Positions 1-9,384 of a stretch of DNA of 32,000 nucleotides are shown piece after piece (positions within the stretch are counted from its first letter, which is position 1; every line of letters begins with the position of its first letter). Under the pieces are notes generated by a model. That model saw only the letters and a list, made by a program, of their open reading frames with translations. It did no database searches and was not told the origin of the DNA. The DNA lies in assembly GCF_900187275.1 (NCBI RefSeq), contig NZ_LT906458.1, positions 1,470,001 to 1,502,000 of the forward strand, given 5' to 3'. The position numbers and the translations under genes were made by a program. The DNA comes from Pasteurella multocida. Its GTDB lineage: Bacteria; Pseudomonadota; Gammaproteobacteria; Enterobacterales; Pasteurellaceae.

Positions 1-361
1 ACCAACTTTGTTCTGCTGCTGCTTTACATTCGGCAGACAGCCCTTCTGGACCACCAATCAGTAAACTGAGATCACGCCCATCGTTTTTCCAGACCTCTAG
101 CTGCGTAGCCAATTGCTCCGTAGTCCAAGGTTTACCGGGAATATCTAACGTGACGATACGGCTTTTTCCACACACGGCTAACATCGCTTTGCCTTCTTGT
201 TCTAAAATACGTTTAATGTCCGCATTTTTACCGCGTTTTCCGGCTGGAATTTCAATAAGCTCAAAAGGCATCTCTTTGGGAAAACGACGTTGATATTCTT
301 CAAATCCCGTCGTCACCCAGTTCGGCATTTTGGTACCCACGGCAATCAGTTGAATCTTCAC
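1..361 (-). CDS. rlmH: 23S rRNA (pseudouridine1915-N3)-methyltransferase RlmH, 3' part truncated by window edge, GTG start
   Basis: Reverse-strand reading from 361 gives (M)[63 protein letters not shown]..., a typical RlmH N-terminus; directly follows rsfS. Confidence 0.93.
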   Translation of the reverse strand, partial: MKIQLIAVGTKMPNWVTTGFEEYQRRFPKEMPFELIEIPAGKRGKNADIKRILEQEGKAMLAVCGKSRIVTLDIPGKPWTTEQLATQLEVWKNDGRDLSLLIGGPEGLSAECKAAAEQSW

Positions 362-364
362 TGA

Positions 365-709
365 TTAGCCCCATAGTTTCTCAAGCTGATACATCTCTCG
401 ACTGTCTGCTTGCATAATATGCACAATCGCTTGCCCTAAATCAACGACGATCCAATCTGCCGTTTCTTGTCCTTCATCGCCAAAGGTTTCAAATCCTGCT
501 TGTTTACATTCCGTAATCAAATTTTGTGCCAGCGAAGACACATGACGACTCGAGTTGCCAGTACAAATTACCATATCATCAGTAATCGGCGATTTGCCAC
601 GCACATCTAAGCGTAAAATATCCGTGGCTTTTAAATCATCTAACTTATCAATAATAAAATCGACTAAGGTATTCAAAATAGGTTTTCCTTCATGATAAAA
701 AAGTCGCAA
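365..709 (-). CDS. rsfS: Ribosomal silencing factor RsfS; true start may be an internal TTG near 676
   Basis: ORF with [47 protein letters not shown]...[15 protein letters not shown], RsfS/DUF143 family; adjacent to rlmH. Confidence 0.93.
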   Translation of the reverse strand: MRLFYHEGKPILNTLVDFIIDKLDDLKATDILRLDVRGKSPITDDMVICTGNSSRHVSSLAQNLITECKQAGFETFGDEGQETADWIVVDLGQAIVHIMQADSREMYQLEKLWG

Positions 710-732
710 ATTCTATCACGACTTCAATGGGC

Positions 733-2046
733 TTAAAAGTTTCGTTTTAGACTGCGCTTTTTCTGAAAAGTGCGGTTTGAATTTGCACTATTTTTGCTGT
801 TGTTATTGCCACGCTTGATCCGATACGGTTTTGGCAAGGTCAATAACGCCGCCACATCATATTGACTGACAGGAATACTATGTGAGATATATTCTTCAAT
901 TGCGGGCAAATTCATCGCATATTCTTCACACGCAAAACTAATCGACACTCCACTCTCCCCCGCCCGCCCAGTACGACCGATACGGTGTACATAGTCCTCG
1001 CGATCATCTGGCAAGTCATAATTAAACACATGCGACACATCAGAGATATGTAAACCACGTGCAGCCACATCGGTCGCCACGAGAATATCCAAATGCCCTT
1101 CGGTAAATTGCTTCAACAGTGAAAGGCGTTTTTTCTGTGCGACATCACCAGTGAGTAGCCCCACACGGTGACCATCTGCCGCCAGATAGCCCCAGATGTC
1201 TTCACAACGATGTTTCGTGTTAGCAAAAATAATGCAACGTTCTGGCCATTCTTCTTCTAACAACGTGAGCAACAACGCCATCTTATCTTGGTTTGAAGGA
1301 TAAAAAAGTTCTTCTTTAATACGATGTCCCGTTTTTTGTAAGGGTTCAATTTCTACATATTCCGGATCATTCATATCCTCAAACGCCAATTCGCGCACTT
1401 TATAGGATAAGGTCGCAGAAAATAGCATGGTCAAACGGTGTTGTGGCGCTGGGCATTTACGCAATAAATAACGAATATCTTTAATAAAGCCAAGATCAAA
1501 CATCCGATCCGCTTCATCTAACACGACCACTTGAATTTTGTCTAAACGCACAATGCCTTGTTTCACATAGTCAATCACACGTCCAGTGGTACCAATTAAA
1601 ATATCAACACCTTGCTCAATGGCTTTGAGTTGTTTCTCATAGCCATCACCGCCATAGGCAAGTCCTGTTTTTAATCCTGTGGCTTTCGTAAGTAACGCTG
1701 CATCATTATTGATTTGAACAGCAAGCTCACGCGTTGGTGCAAGAATCAAGGCGCGCGGCTGACGTCCCCCTTTATCGCCTTGTTGAGTTAATAAATGATG
1801 AAAAGTCGCTGTTAAAAACGCCATCGTTTTGCCTGTACCGGTTTGTGCTTGTCCAGCCACATCTTTTCCCGCCAAACTCATCGGCAAAGAAAGTGCTTGA
1901 ATCGGGGTACAGTAATCAAAGCCTTTTTCTTGTAACGCAGCAAGCACCTGATGGTGCAAGGGTAAATCAGAAAAACGAAGTTGCGATAAATAATTATTTT
2001 GCATAAAAGAATAAATCTGTGAGAAAAATTGCGTTAAGAATAGCAC
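733..2046 (-). CDS. rhlB: ATP-dependent RNA helicase RhlB (likely start at internal ATG about 2004)
   Basis: DEAD-box motifs [31 protein letters not shown]; RhlB-like N-terminus [31 protein letters not shown]. Confidence 0.93.
   Translation of the reverse strand: MLFLTQFFSQIYSFMQNNYLSQLRFSDLPLHHQVLAALQEKGFDYCTPIQALSLPMSLAGKDVAGQAQTGTGKTMAFLTATFHHLLTQQGDKGGRQPRALILAPTRELAVQINNDAALLTKATGLKTGLAYGGDGYEKQLKAIEQGVDILIGTTGRVIDYVKQGIVRLDKIQVVVLDEADRMFDLGFIKDIRYLLRKCPAPQHRLTMLFSATLSYKVRELAFEDMNDPEYVEIEPLQKTGHRIKEELFYPSNQDKMALLLTLLEEEWPERCIIFANTKHRCEDIWGYLAADGHRVGLLTGDVAQKKRLSLLKQFTEGHLDILVATDVAARGLHISDVSHVFNYDLPDDREDYVHRIGRTGRAGESGVSISFACEEYAMNLPAIEEYISHSIPVSQYDVAALLTLPKPYRIKRGNNNSKNSANSNRTFQKKRSLKRNF
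768..776 (+). repeat. Uptake signal sequence core AAGTGCGGT (in rhlB)
   Basis: Exact 9-mer match. Confidence 0.9.
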
Positions 2047-2071
2047 GAAGTGATAAAATCCCCAAAAAATG

Positions 2072-2080
2072 ACCGCACTT
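2072..2080 (-). repeat. Uptake signal sequence core (rhlB/rho intergenic)
   Basis: ACCGCACTT exact. Confidence 0.9.
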
Positions 2081-2106
2081 TTTCACTTTTTTAGTAAAAA
2101 CACCGT

Positions 2107-2135
2107 ACTAAAACTAGACACCCATAGGTTTTAGT
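2107..2135. promoter_or_regulatory. Hairpin-forming inverted repeat in the divergent rhlB/rho intergenic region
   Basis: ACTAAAAC (2107-2114) ... GTTTTAGT (2128-2135), perfect 8 bp arms with 13 nt loop. Confidence 0.5.
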
Positions 2136-2217
2136 GATAATTTACGCACATTCTAAAAAATCACATATTCACCTTTTTTATTCTTTATAATCAAATCAAT
2201 AACAACCCTCAAATATT

Positions 2218-3480
2218 ATGCATCTTACAGAACTTAAAAATAGACCCGTTTCTGAATTAGTGGAACTCGGTGAAGGTCAAATGGGCTTAGAAAATCTAGC
2301 TCGCCTACGCAAACAAGACATTGTCTTCGCAATCTTAAAACAACACGCTAAAAGCGGTGAGGACATCTTTGGTGGTGGTGTGTTAGAAATTCTACCCGAT
2401 GGTTTCGGTTTCTTACGCTCCGCTGACAGTTCCTACCTTGCCGGCCCTGATGATATCTATGTTTCACCAAGTCAAATCCGTCGTTTCAACTTACAAACAG
2501 GTGATAAAATTGAAGGTAAAATTCGTCCACCTAAAGAAGGTGAACGTTATTTTGCGTTATTAAAAGTCGATCAAGTCAATGACGACCGACCTGAAGTGTC
2601 CCGTAGCAAGATTTTATTCGAAAACTTAACCCCTTTACATGCGAACTCTCGTCTCAGAATGGAGCGAGGTAACGGCTCAACGGAAGATCTAACTGCCCGC
2701 ATTTTGGATTTAGCCTCCCCGATTGGTAAAGGGCAACGTGGTTTGATTGTGGCGCCACCCAAAGCCGGTAAAACAATGTTGTTACAAAACATCGCACAAA
2801 GCATTACTTACAATTACCCTGAATGTGAATTGATCGTGTTATTAATTGACGAACGTCCAGAAGAAGTGACTGAAATGCAACGTTCGGTTAAAGGTGAGGT
2901 GATTGCTTCGACCTTTGATGAACCCGCAACTCGCCACGTACAAGTCGCTGAAATGGTGATTGAGAAAGCAAAACGTTCTGTTGAGCATAAAAAAGACGTG
3001 GTGATCCTCCTTGACTCAATTACACGTTTGGCACGTGCTTATAACACCGTCACTCCGGCATCAGGCAAAATTCTTTCTGGTGGTGTGGATGCTAATGCGT
3101 TACACCGTCCAAAACGTTTCTTCGGTGCAGCACGTAATGTCGAAGAAGGTGGTAGCTTAACCATTATCGCCACAGCACTCGTAGATACGGGCTCAAAAAT
3201 GGACGAAGTTATCTTTGAAGAGTTCAAAGGAACCGGTAATATGGAATTGCATCTTTCGCGCAAAATTGCCGAAAAACGCGTTTTCCCAGCCATTGACTTC
3301 AACCGTTCAGGCACCCGTAAAGAAGATTTACTCACAAGCCCAGATGAACTACAAAAAATGTGGATCCTACGTAAAATCTTACATCCAATGGGCGAAGTGG
3401 AAGCGATGGAATTCCTCATTGATAAACTCATGGTCGCCAAAACCAATGATGAGTTTTTTGAAATGATGAAACGTTCATAA
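2218..3480 (+). CDS. rho: Transcription termination factor Rho
   Basis: [68 protein letters not shown]..., Walker [21 protein letters not shown]. Confidence 0.98.
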   Translation: MHLTELKNRPVSELVELGEGQMGLENLARLRKQDIVFAILKQHAKSGEDIFGGGVLEILPDGFGFLRSADSSYLAGPDDIYVSPSQIRRFNLQTGDKIEGKIRPPKEGERYFALLKVDQVNDDRPEVSRSKILFENLTPLHANSRLRMERGNGSTEDLTARILDLASPIGKGQRGLIVAPPKAGKTMLLQNIAQSITYNYPECELIVLLIDERPEEVTEMQRSVKGEVIASTFDEPATRHVQVAEMVIEKAKRSVEHKKDVVILLDSITRLARAYNTVTPASGKILSGGVDANALHRPKRFFGAARNVEEGGSLTIIATALVDTGSKMDEVIFEEFKGTGNMELHLSRKIAEKRVFPAIDFNRSGTRKEDLLTSPDELQKMWILRKILHPMGEVEAMEFLIDKLMVAKTNDEFFEMMKRS

Positions 3481-3494
3481 CCTCATCACAAAAT

Positions 3495-3527
3495 AAAAGC
3501 CTCAAAATCAATTTTGAGGCTTTTTCT
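3495..3527 (+). terminator. Rho-independent terminator after rho, potentially bidirectional
   Basis: AAAAGCCTCAAAAT CA ATTTTGAGGCTTTT TTC; 14 bp stem with T tract. Confidence 0.88.
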
Positions 3528-4436
3528 TTATTCGACAATCTGCTTATTTGCTTCTTTTTTTGCTTTGTTACGCCAAAGCCCTTTCAAGACAAATCCGAGC
3601 GCCAACAACACAACCACCAGTATTTTCCAAAATTTCGCCACAAAAGCCGTTATCACAGCAAATAAACCAAGTTTTGTGGCTAAAGTAATACCACCAATTA
3701 AGCTCGTTAAGCCATGTTCATAGACTGCATCTGTAGCTGGATCAAAATCAGCATAGCGCTTTCCTGTATTAAAACGAATCCGTGATAGTAAATCTTGCGC
3801 AATATGTTGTTCCGCTTTAATCCGATCCTCGCCTGTAATAAACCCTAATTCAATATAGCCTTCACGACCTAACACATAAGTATTGTAATTAATGGTATTA
3901 TCCAACTCAGGATTGGCATAAGGTCCTACTTCTTTTAAATTAACCGCCCAAATCAAACGGTTATTTTTCTCATCATAGGTCGGTTTTTGAATCCAATCTA
4001 CCATTTCAATTTCTGCGATACCTCTCTCGCGACGAATTTTATTTTGTTCTTCATCTCCTTCACGCAAAGCAGTAAAAAGTGCTTGAGCATCCCACTTACG
4101 CGCCTCTTTATCAGATACATAGCCCACATCATCGAACAGAATATCTGCTATCCATTCGGAATCCTCATTATCTTCCATCACAATACCAAGACGTCCCAAG
4201 ATCTGATTATTGCCGATTAATTCCATATATTGATTAGCTTCTTCCGCTGGTAGAAAAATCATCCCTGCCGGCAAAGCGAAAGTGGCTTGATCCGCTAAAG
4301 GAATAGTTGCAGGACCTTCAATGGCTTGTGAAAAGAGTTGCTCATAAAGCCAATCTTCTTCTACGCTGTTCTCTGCATTCACATGCCAGCTCAATCCTAA
4401 TAGTAAAAGTGCGGTCAATTTGATAAGTATTTTCAT
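3528..4436 (-). CDS. DUF2167 family membrane-anchored protein with signal peptide
   Basis: MKILIKLTALLLLGLSWHVNA signal peptide; IPLADQATFALPAGMIFLPAEEANQYMELIGN...; C-terminal TM helix ILVVVLLALGFVLKGLW. Confidence 0.82.
   Translation of the reverse strand: MKILIKLTALLLLGLSWHVNAENSVEEDWLYEQLFSQAIEGPATIPLADQATFALPAGMIFLPAEEANQYMELIGNNQILGRLGIVMEDNEDSEWIADILFDDVGYVSDKEARKWDAQALFTALREGDEEQNKIRRERGIAEIEMVDWIQKPTYDEKNNRLIWAVNLKEVGPYANPELDNTINYNTYVLGREGYIELGFITGEDRIKAEQHIAQDLLSRIRFNTGKRYADFDPATDAVYEHGLTSLIGGITLATKLGLFAVITAFVAKFWKILVVVLLALGFVLKGLWRNKAKKEANKQIVE
4407..4415 (+). repeat. Uptake signal sequence core (within DUF2167 signal peptide codons)
   Basis: AAGTGCGGT exact. Confidence 0.9.
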
Positions 4437-4490
4437 GAGTTGTCGATTCCTAAGTGCCTACTGAATATCAAGGTATTGATTATGCTCAAG

Positions 4491-4528
4491 TAAAAAAATG
4501 CGGTCAATAAATTACTTTATGACCGCAT
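4491..4528 (-). terminator. Terminator of dcuB built from degenerate uptake-signal-like arms
   Basis: Minus strand ATGCGGTCA TAAAGTAATTTA TTGACCGCAT TTTTTT-like: 9 bp arms ATGCGGTCA (4498-4506)/TGACCGCAT (4520-4528) followed by T run. Confidence 0.75.
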
Positions 4529-4548
4529 GGGAAAACAGAAAGGAATAC

Positions 4549-5880
4549 TTAAATCAGAATTTGTGCCAAGGTATATCCTACACAACAGGCTGTCACCACA
4601 CCAATTAATCCCGGCACCATGAAACTGTGGTTAAAGTAATATTTACCAATTTTGGTTGTGCCTGTCACATCAAAGTTCACGGTGGCAATATCAGATGGAT
4701 AGTTCGGGATAAAGAAATAACCATAGGTTGCCGGCATTAATCCAACAAGTAATGGTGCTGGTAATCCCATCGCAATCCCTACTGGTAATAACATCCGTGC
4801 GGTTGCTGCTTGGCTGTTAATCACCACAGATACCGCAAACAAGGCAAAGGCAAATGTCCATGGATAGGTTTGTACCATTTCTGTAATACCCGCTTTAAAC
4901 GACGGCATTGCATATTGGAAATAAGTATCACTCATCCAGGCGATACCGAAAATCGCAATGGCTGCAACCATACCCGATTTAAAGACCACCCCATTTGGTA
5001 CAGTTTCGACATTGGTTTTGGTCACCAACAAAATAATCCCGCCGAAACCAAGCATCATCATTTGAATAATTAATGACATAGAAATCGGTTTTTTCGCTTC
5101 ACCAATAGTACGAATCTCAGGGAACATCGCGATAATTACAATAGTAATTAAGGCTAATAAGAATAAATAAACCGCATGTCTTGCCGCTGGTGGTAATGTT
5201 TCGTTTAAAGATGTACTCGTGGTATTTAAAATACGATCACGCCAAACTGGATCTTCTAAACGACGTTGATACTCAGGATCAGCCTCGAGTTCTTTACCAC
5301 GACGTAAGCTATATAAAGACAATGCAATCGTGCCGATTAAAGTCGCCGGTACAGTCACAGAAATGATGCTTAACAAGGTGACATGTTCAAAACCCGGCAG
5401 GGCAACGATTTGTGCTAAATAATACACCACTGCCGCAGAAATTGGGCTCGACGTAATCGCAAGTTGTGAAGCCACAGAAGCCGCAGCCATCGGGCGTTCT
5501 GGACGAATTTTATTTTTTAATGCCACATCACCAATGATTGGCATAATCGAATAAACGGCATGACCCGTACCGAGCATAAAGGTCATCGTATATGTCACTA
5601 AAGGTCCCAAAATGGTGACACGTTTTGGATTACTGCGTAACACTCGCTCTGCGATCTGCAACATGAATTTTAGCCCGCCCGCGGCTTCTAAAATGGAAGC
5701 ACAAGTCACGACGGCTAAAATAATTAACATCACTTCAATCGGTGGTGAAGTTGGAGGCATGCGGAAAATAAAGACTTCAATTAATAAACCAATACCAGAT
5801 ACCACACCAAGCCCGATCCCGCCAAAACGGCTACCCAAATAAAGGGCGACCAGCAGGAATAAAAACTCTAAATAAAGCAT
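4549..5880 (-). CDS. dcuB: Anaerobic C4-dicarboxylate transporter DcuB family
   Basis: MLYLEFLFLLVALYLGSRFGGIGLGVVSGIGLLIEVFIFRMPPTSPPIEVMLIILAVVTCASILEAAGG..., GHAVYSIMPIIGDVALKNKIRPERPMAAASVASQ; multi-TM Dcu family. Confidence 0.9.
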   Translation of the reverse strand: MLYLEFLFLLVALYLGSRFGGIGLGVVSGIGLLIEVFIFRMPPTSPPIEVMLIILAVVTCASILEAAGGLKFMLQIAERVLRSNPKRVTILGPLVTYTMTFMLGTGHAVYSIMPIIGDVALKNKIRPERPMAAASVASQLAITSSPISAAVVYYLAQIVALPGFEHVTLLSIISVTVPATLIGTIALSLYSLRRGKELEADPEYQRRLEDPVWRDRILNTTSTSLNETLPPAARHAVYLFLLALITIVIIAMFPEIRTIGEAKKPISMSLIIQMMMLGFGGIILLVTKTNVETVPNGVVFKSGMVAAIAIFGIAWMSDTYFQYAMPSFKAGITEMVQTYPWTFAFALFAVSVVINSQAATARMLLPVGIAMGLPAPLLVGLMPATYGYFFIPNYPSDIATVNFDVTGTTKIGKYYFNHSFMVPGLIGVVTACCVGYTLAQILI

Positions 5881-5996
5881 AAATATACCTCTAAAATGTT
5901 ATAAAAAATTCTAGAAACAATCATACTTGATTTCTCTTTGCACACAATCGTTTTCATTCTCTTTGATGTAATTTTTTATAAGAATTAAACAATTTT

Positions 5997-6010
5997 TTGG
6001 TTTAAATCAA
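5997..6010. promoter_or_regulatory. FNR-like binding box upstream of dcuB
   Basis: TTGGT TTAA ATCAA vs consensus TTGAT-N4-ATCAA (9/10 positions). Confidence 0.45.
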
Positions 6011-6070
6011 AGAAATGAAATTGGCTAAAAAAGGAGGGATAAGAAAAGGCATAATCAGAAGAGAAAAGAG

Positions 6071-6102
6071 AAAAAATTTAGGCGGTGATAACACCGCCTA
6101 AA
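6071..6102 (-). terminator. Rho-independent terminator after acpP
   Basis: TTTAGGCGGTG (6077-6087) ATAA CACCGCCTAAA (6092-6102), 11 bp stem; minus-strand T run follows. Confidence 0.88.
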
Positions 6103-6108
6103 TACGAA

Positions 6109-6339
6109 TTATTGATTGTTTTGAACGTAATCGATCGCAGATTGAACTGTCGTGATTTTCTCAGCTTCTTCGTCTGGAATTTCGATATCGAACTCTTCTT
6201 CTAAAGCCATGACTAATTCAACAGTATCTAAAGAATCCGCACCTAAATCTTCAACGAAAGACGCTTCAGGTTTAACTTCGTCTTCTTTAACGCCTAATTG
6301 TTCAACGATGATTTTTTTTACGCGTTCTTCAATGCTCAT
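6109..6339 (-). CDS. acpP: Acyl carrier protein
   Basis: [66 protein letters not shown]; DSL phosphopantetheine site. Confidence 0.98.
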   Translation of the reverse strand: MSIEERVKKIIVEQLGVKEDEVKPEASFVEDLGADSLDTVELVMALEEEFDIEIPDEEAEKITTVQSAIDYVQNNQ

Positions 6340-6476
6340 TTGTTTCTTCCTATGTTTAGTTTTTCGCTCACTGCGATGAGTTAGTAGTGTATATATTTTT
6401 TGTAAAGTTACAATGATTTTTGTCGGTGGTCAAACCTTAAAAGCATTTTTCAAAAAACACATACAGTGAAAATATA

Positions 6477-6520
6477 GTTACGTTACTTCATATACGCTTA
6501 AAGTGGCGTAACCAAGTTAC
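6477..6520. repeat. Clustered GTTAC/GTAAC repeats and long imperfect inverted repeat upstream of acpP
   Basis: GTTACGTTACTT (6477-6488) ... AAGTGGCGTAAC (6501-6512) CAA GTTAC (6516-6520). Confidence 0.5.
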
Positions 6521-6599
6521 ATGCGAGGGGAATTTTAACATTAAGCAAAAAATTTGGCTATGCTTTTATCCCCTAAAATCTGTAATTGCATTATGACTA

Positions 6600-7328
6600 T
6601 TAGTTGGTATACATCCCACCATTCACATGTAATGTAGTACCTGTAATATAACCCGCATCATCCGAAGCTAAAAAGGCGACCGCTTTGGCAATATCTTTTG
6701 GATCACCTAAACGCCCTGCTGGAACTTGAGATAAAATACCGGCTTTTTGCTCTTCTGTTAACACATCTGTCATATCGGTTGCGATAAAACCAGGCGCTAC
6801 TACATTCACAGTAATACCACGCGAAGCCACTTCTTTTGCAAGCGCTTTACTAAAACCAATCAAGCCTGCTTTCGCAGCACAATAGTTAGTTTGACCAGGA
6901 TTACCCATCGATCCGACTACCGAACCAATCGTAATAATGCGACCAAAACGCTTTTTCATCATAGAACGCAACATGGCTTTTGATAAGTGATACACCGAAG
7001 TTAAATTAGTTTGCATGATATCAAACCATTCTTCATCTTTCATGCGCATTAACAGATTATCACGTGTAATGCCTGCATTATTGACTAAAATATCAATCTC
7101 ACCGAAATCTGCTTTGATTTTCTCTAGCGTTGTTTCAATCGAGGCAAGATCAGACACGTTCAGCACAAGCCCTTTACCTTTCTCGCCTAAATAGGCAGAA
7201 ATACTTTCTGCGCCTTTTTCAGACGTTGCCGTACCGATAACAAATGCGCCTTTTGCACTTAATTCTTCTGCAATCGCACGACCAATACCACGCGTTGCGC
7301 CTGTTACTAATGCAATTTTACCCTGCAT
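6600..7328 (-). CDS. fabG: 3-oxoacyl-[ACP] reductase FabG
   Basis: MQGKIALVTGATRGIGRAIAEELSAKGAFVIGTATSE..., YCAAKAG SDR active site. Confidence 0.97.
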   Translation of the reverse strand: MQGKIALVTGATRGIGRAIAEELSAKGAFVIGTATSEKGAESISAYLGEKGKGLVLNVSDLASIETTLEKIKADFGEIDILVNNAGITRDNLLMRMKDEEWFDIMQTNLTSVYHLSKAMLRSMMKKRFGRIITIGSVVGSMGNPGQTNYCAAKAGLIGFSKALAKEVASRGITVNVVAPGFIATDMTDVLTEEQKAGILSQVPAGRLGDPKDIAKAVAFLASDDAGYITGTTLHVNGGMYTN

Positions 7329-7351
7329 TGAATCTCCCCTTTTTTAATGAG

Positions 7352-8290
7352 TTAAGCGAATAGTTCATCAACCGCATTTAATGATGTCAGATCATTAACC
7401 GCAGTAGCTTGTAAATCAGCGACGATACGTTTTGTTAAACCCGTCAAGACTTTGTTTGGACCGACTTCAACTAAAACCTGCACACCATCTTTTGCCATAC
7501 GTTCAACGGTTTCTGTCCAACGCACTGGACTATATAATTGACGAACAAGTGCGTGACGAATTTCACTATTTTCCGTTTCACACGCGACATCCACATTATT
7601 GATAACCGCTGTAGTTGGTGTTCTAATCGCAATATTATCTAAAGACACGGCTAATTGATCTGCTGCTGGTTTCATTAACGCACAATGAGAAGGCACACTT
7701 ACCGCTAAAGGCAGGGCACGTTTTGCCCCGGCGTCTTTACAAGCAGCTGCAGCACGTTCAACCGCTGCTTTTGCTCCCGCGATCACCACTTGCCCCGGCG
7801 AGTTAAAATTCACCGCAGACACCACCTCGCCTTGCGCTGCGTCGGCACAGGCACTGATGATGGCTTCATTATCTAAACCAATAATCGCATACATCGCGCC
7901 GGTCCCTTCGGGAACCGCTTGTTGCATTAATTTACCACGCAGCTCCACTAATTTGACTGCATCTTGGAAATCAAGTGCGCCCGCGCATACTAAAGCAGAA
8001 TATTCACCTAAACTATGTCCAGCCATCACGTCTGGCTTCAAATGAGGATATTTCTCTTGCCATACACGATAAATAGCAACAGATGCGGCTAACAGTGCTG
8101 GTTGTGTTTGCCAAGTTTTATTCAGTTCTTCCGCAGGTCCTTGTTGCACAAGTTGCCACAAGTCATAACCTAACACATCTGAAGCTTGTTTAAAGGTCTC
8201 TTCCACCACAGGATATTCTGTAGCTAATTCCGCTAACATTCCTACAGCTTGAGAGCCTTGTCCTGGAAAAACCATTGCAAATTTTTTCAT
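7352..8290 (-). CDS. fabD: Malonyl CoA-[ACP] transacylase FabD
   Basis: MKKFAMVFPGQGSQAVGML..., GHSLGEYSAL; ORF track extends to 8332, but the ATG at 8290 matches the FabD N-terminus. Confidence 0.96.
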   Translation of the reverse strand: MKKFAMVFPGQGSQAVGMLAELATEYPVVEETFKQASDVLGYDLWQLVQQGPAEELNKTWQTQPALLAASVAIYRVWQEKYPHLKPDVMAGHSLGEYSALVCAGALDFQDAVKLVELRGKLMQQAVPEGTGAMYAIIGLDNEAIISACADAAQGEVVSAVNFNSPGQVVIAGAKAAVERAAAACKDAGAKRALPLAVSVPSHCALMKPAADQLAVSLDNIAIRTPTTAVINNVDVACETENSEIRHALVRQLYSPVRWTETVERMAKDGVQVLVEVGPNKVLTGLTKRIVADLQATAVNDLTSLNAVDELFA

Positions 8291-8325
8291 GTTATTTTCC
8301 TTATTTTTAAAAATACTGAAAACTG

Positions 8326-8334
8326 ACCGCACTT
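8326..8334 (-). repeat. Uptake signal sequence core (fabH/fabD intergenic)
   Basis: ACCGCACTT exact. Confidence 0.9.
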
Positions 8335-8351
8335 TAAGTCAATTCCGGCTA

Positions 8352-9305
8352 TTAAAACCTAACTAACGCCGATCCCCAAGTCAGACCACCGCCGAATGCT
8401 TCTAATAACAACAATTGTCCACGCTGAATACGTCCATCACGCACCGCCTCATCAAGCGCACTTGGAATACTGCCTGCAGACGTATTGCCATGGCGATCAA
8501 GTGTAACCACGACTTGCGACATATCCATATCTAATTTTTTTGCGGTAGCGGAAATAATCCGCAAGTTCGCCTGATGTGGAACTAACCAATCAATATCTTT
8601 CTTATCTAACTGGTTGGCTTCTAAGGTTTCTTCCACCACATTTGCTAATTCACGTACTGCAATTTTAAAGGTTGCGTTGCCCTGCATTTCTAAATAGGCA
8701 GGATCGGATTCAATACCGCGCGTCTGATTAGCTAAGGTTAAGACTTCAGCACTTTCGCCTGTTGCATGTAAATGCGTTGAAATGATCCCCGCTTGCTCAC
8801 TTGCTTCTAAAATCACAGCACCGGCACCATCACCAAATAAAATAATCGTGCCTCGATCCTCTGGATTTAACGCGCGGGAAAAGAGATCCGCCCCAATCAC
8901 GAGGGCTTTTTTTACTTTTCCGGTACGGATAAATTGATCGGCAACGGTTAAGGCGTAAACAAAGCCCGAACAGGCTGCTGCGACATCAAACGCAATCGCG
9001 TCTTTTATGCCGAGCATTTTCTGAATTTGACATGCCGTACTTGGAAAAGCATGTGTTGCGCTAGTCGTCGCGACGACAATAAGATCAATCTCATTGACAT
9101 CCATAGGCGATACCGCTAAGCAATTCTGGGCAGCTTCAAATCCCATGGTTGCCACAGTTTCGCTTTCTTCTGCAATGCGACGTTCTTTGATGCCAGTACG
9201 TTCCGAAATCCATTCATCAGAGGTGTCCACCATTTTTTCTAAATCGGCATTCGTACGGATATGTTTGGGTAAATAACTCCCGGTGGATAAGATTTTACTA
9301 TACAT
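8352..9305 (-). CDS. fabH: 3-oxoacyl-[ACP] synthase III FabH
   Basis: [45 protein letters not shown]..., [18 protein letters not shown]. Confidence 0.97.
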   Translation of the reverse strand: MYSKILSTGSYLPKHIRTNADLEKMVDTSDEWISERTGIKERRIAEESETVATMGFEAAQNCLAVSPMDVNEIDLIVVATTSATHAFPSTACQIQKMLGIKDAIAFDVAAACSGFVYALTVADQFIRTGKVKKALVIGADLFSRALNPEDRGTIILFGDGAGAVILEASEQAGIISTHLHATGESAEVLTLANQTRGIESDPAYLEMQGNATFKIAVRELANVVEETLEANQLDKKDIDWLVPHQANLRIISATAKKLDMDMSQVVVTLDRHGNTSAGSIPSALDEAVRDGRIQRGQLLLLEAFGGGLTWGSALVRF

Positions 9306-9384
9306 AAGAAATCTCGTTAAAAATCGTAGCCAAATGGGCTAATTGAAGTTGCTCTAACCTATTATTTTTTTAATATTGATACAG

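Noticed and set aside
1734-2006. Plus-strand 90 aa ORF opposite rhlB
   Set aside because: Fully antisense to the conserved RhlB coding sequence, no recognisable domain; shadow ORF
2571-3446. Minus-strand ORFs (77 aa, 135 aa) and frame-shifted plus ORF opposite or within rho
   Set aside because: Low-complexity translations lying entirely over highly conserved rho; shadow ORFs
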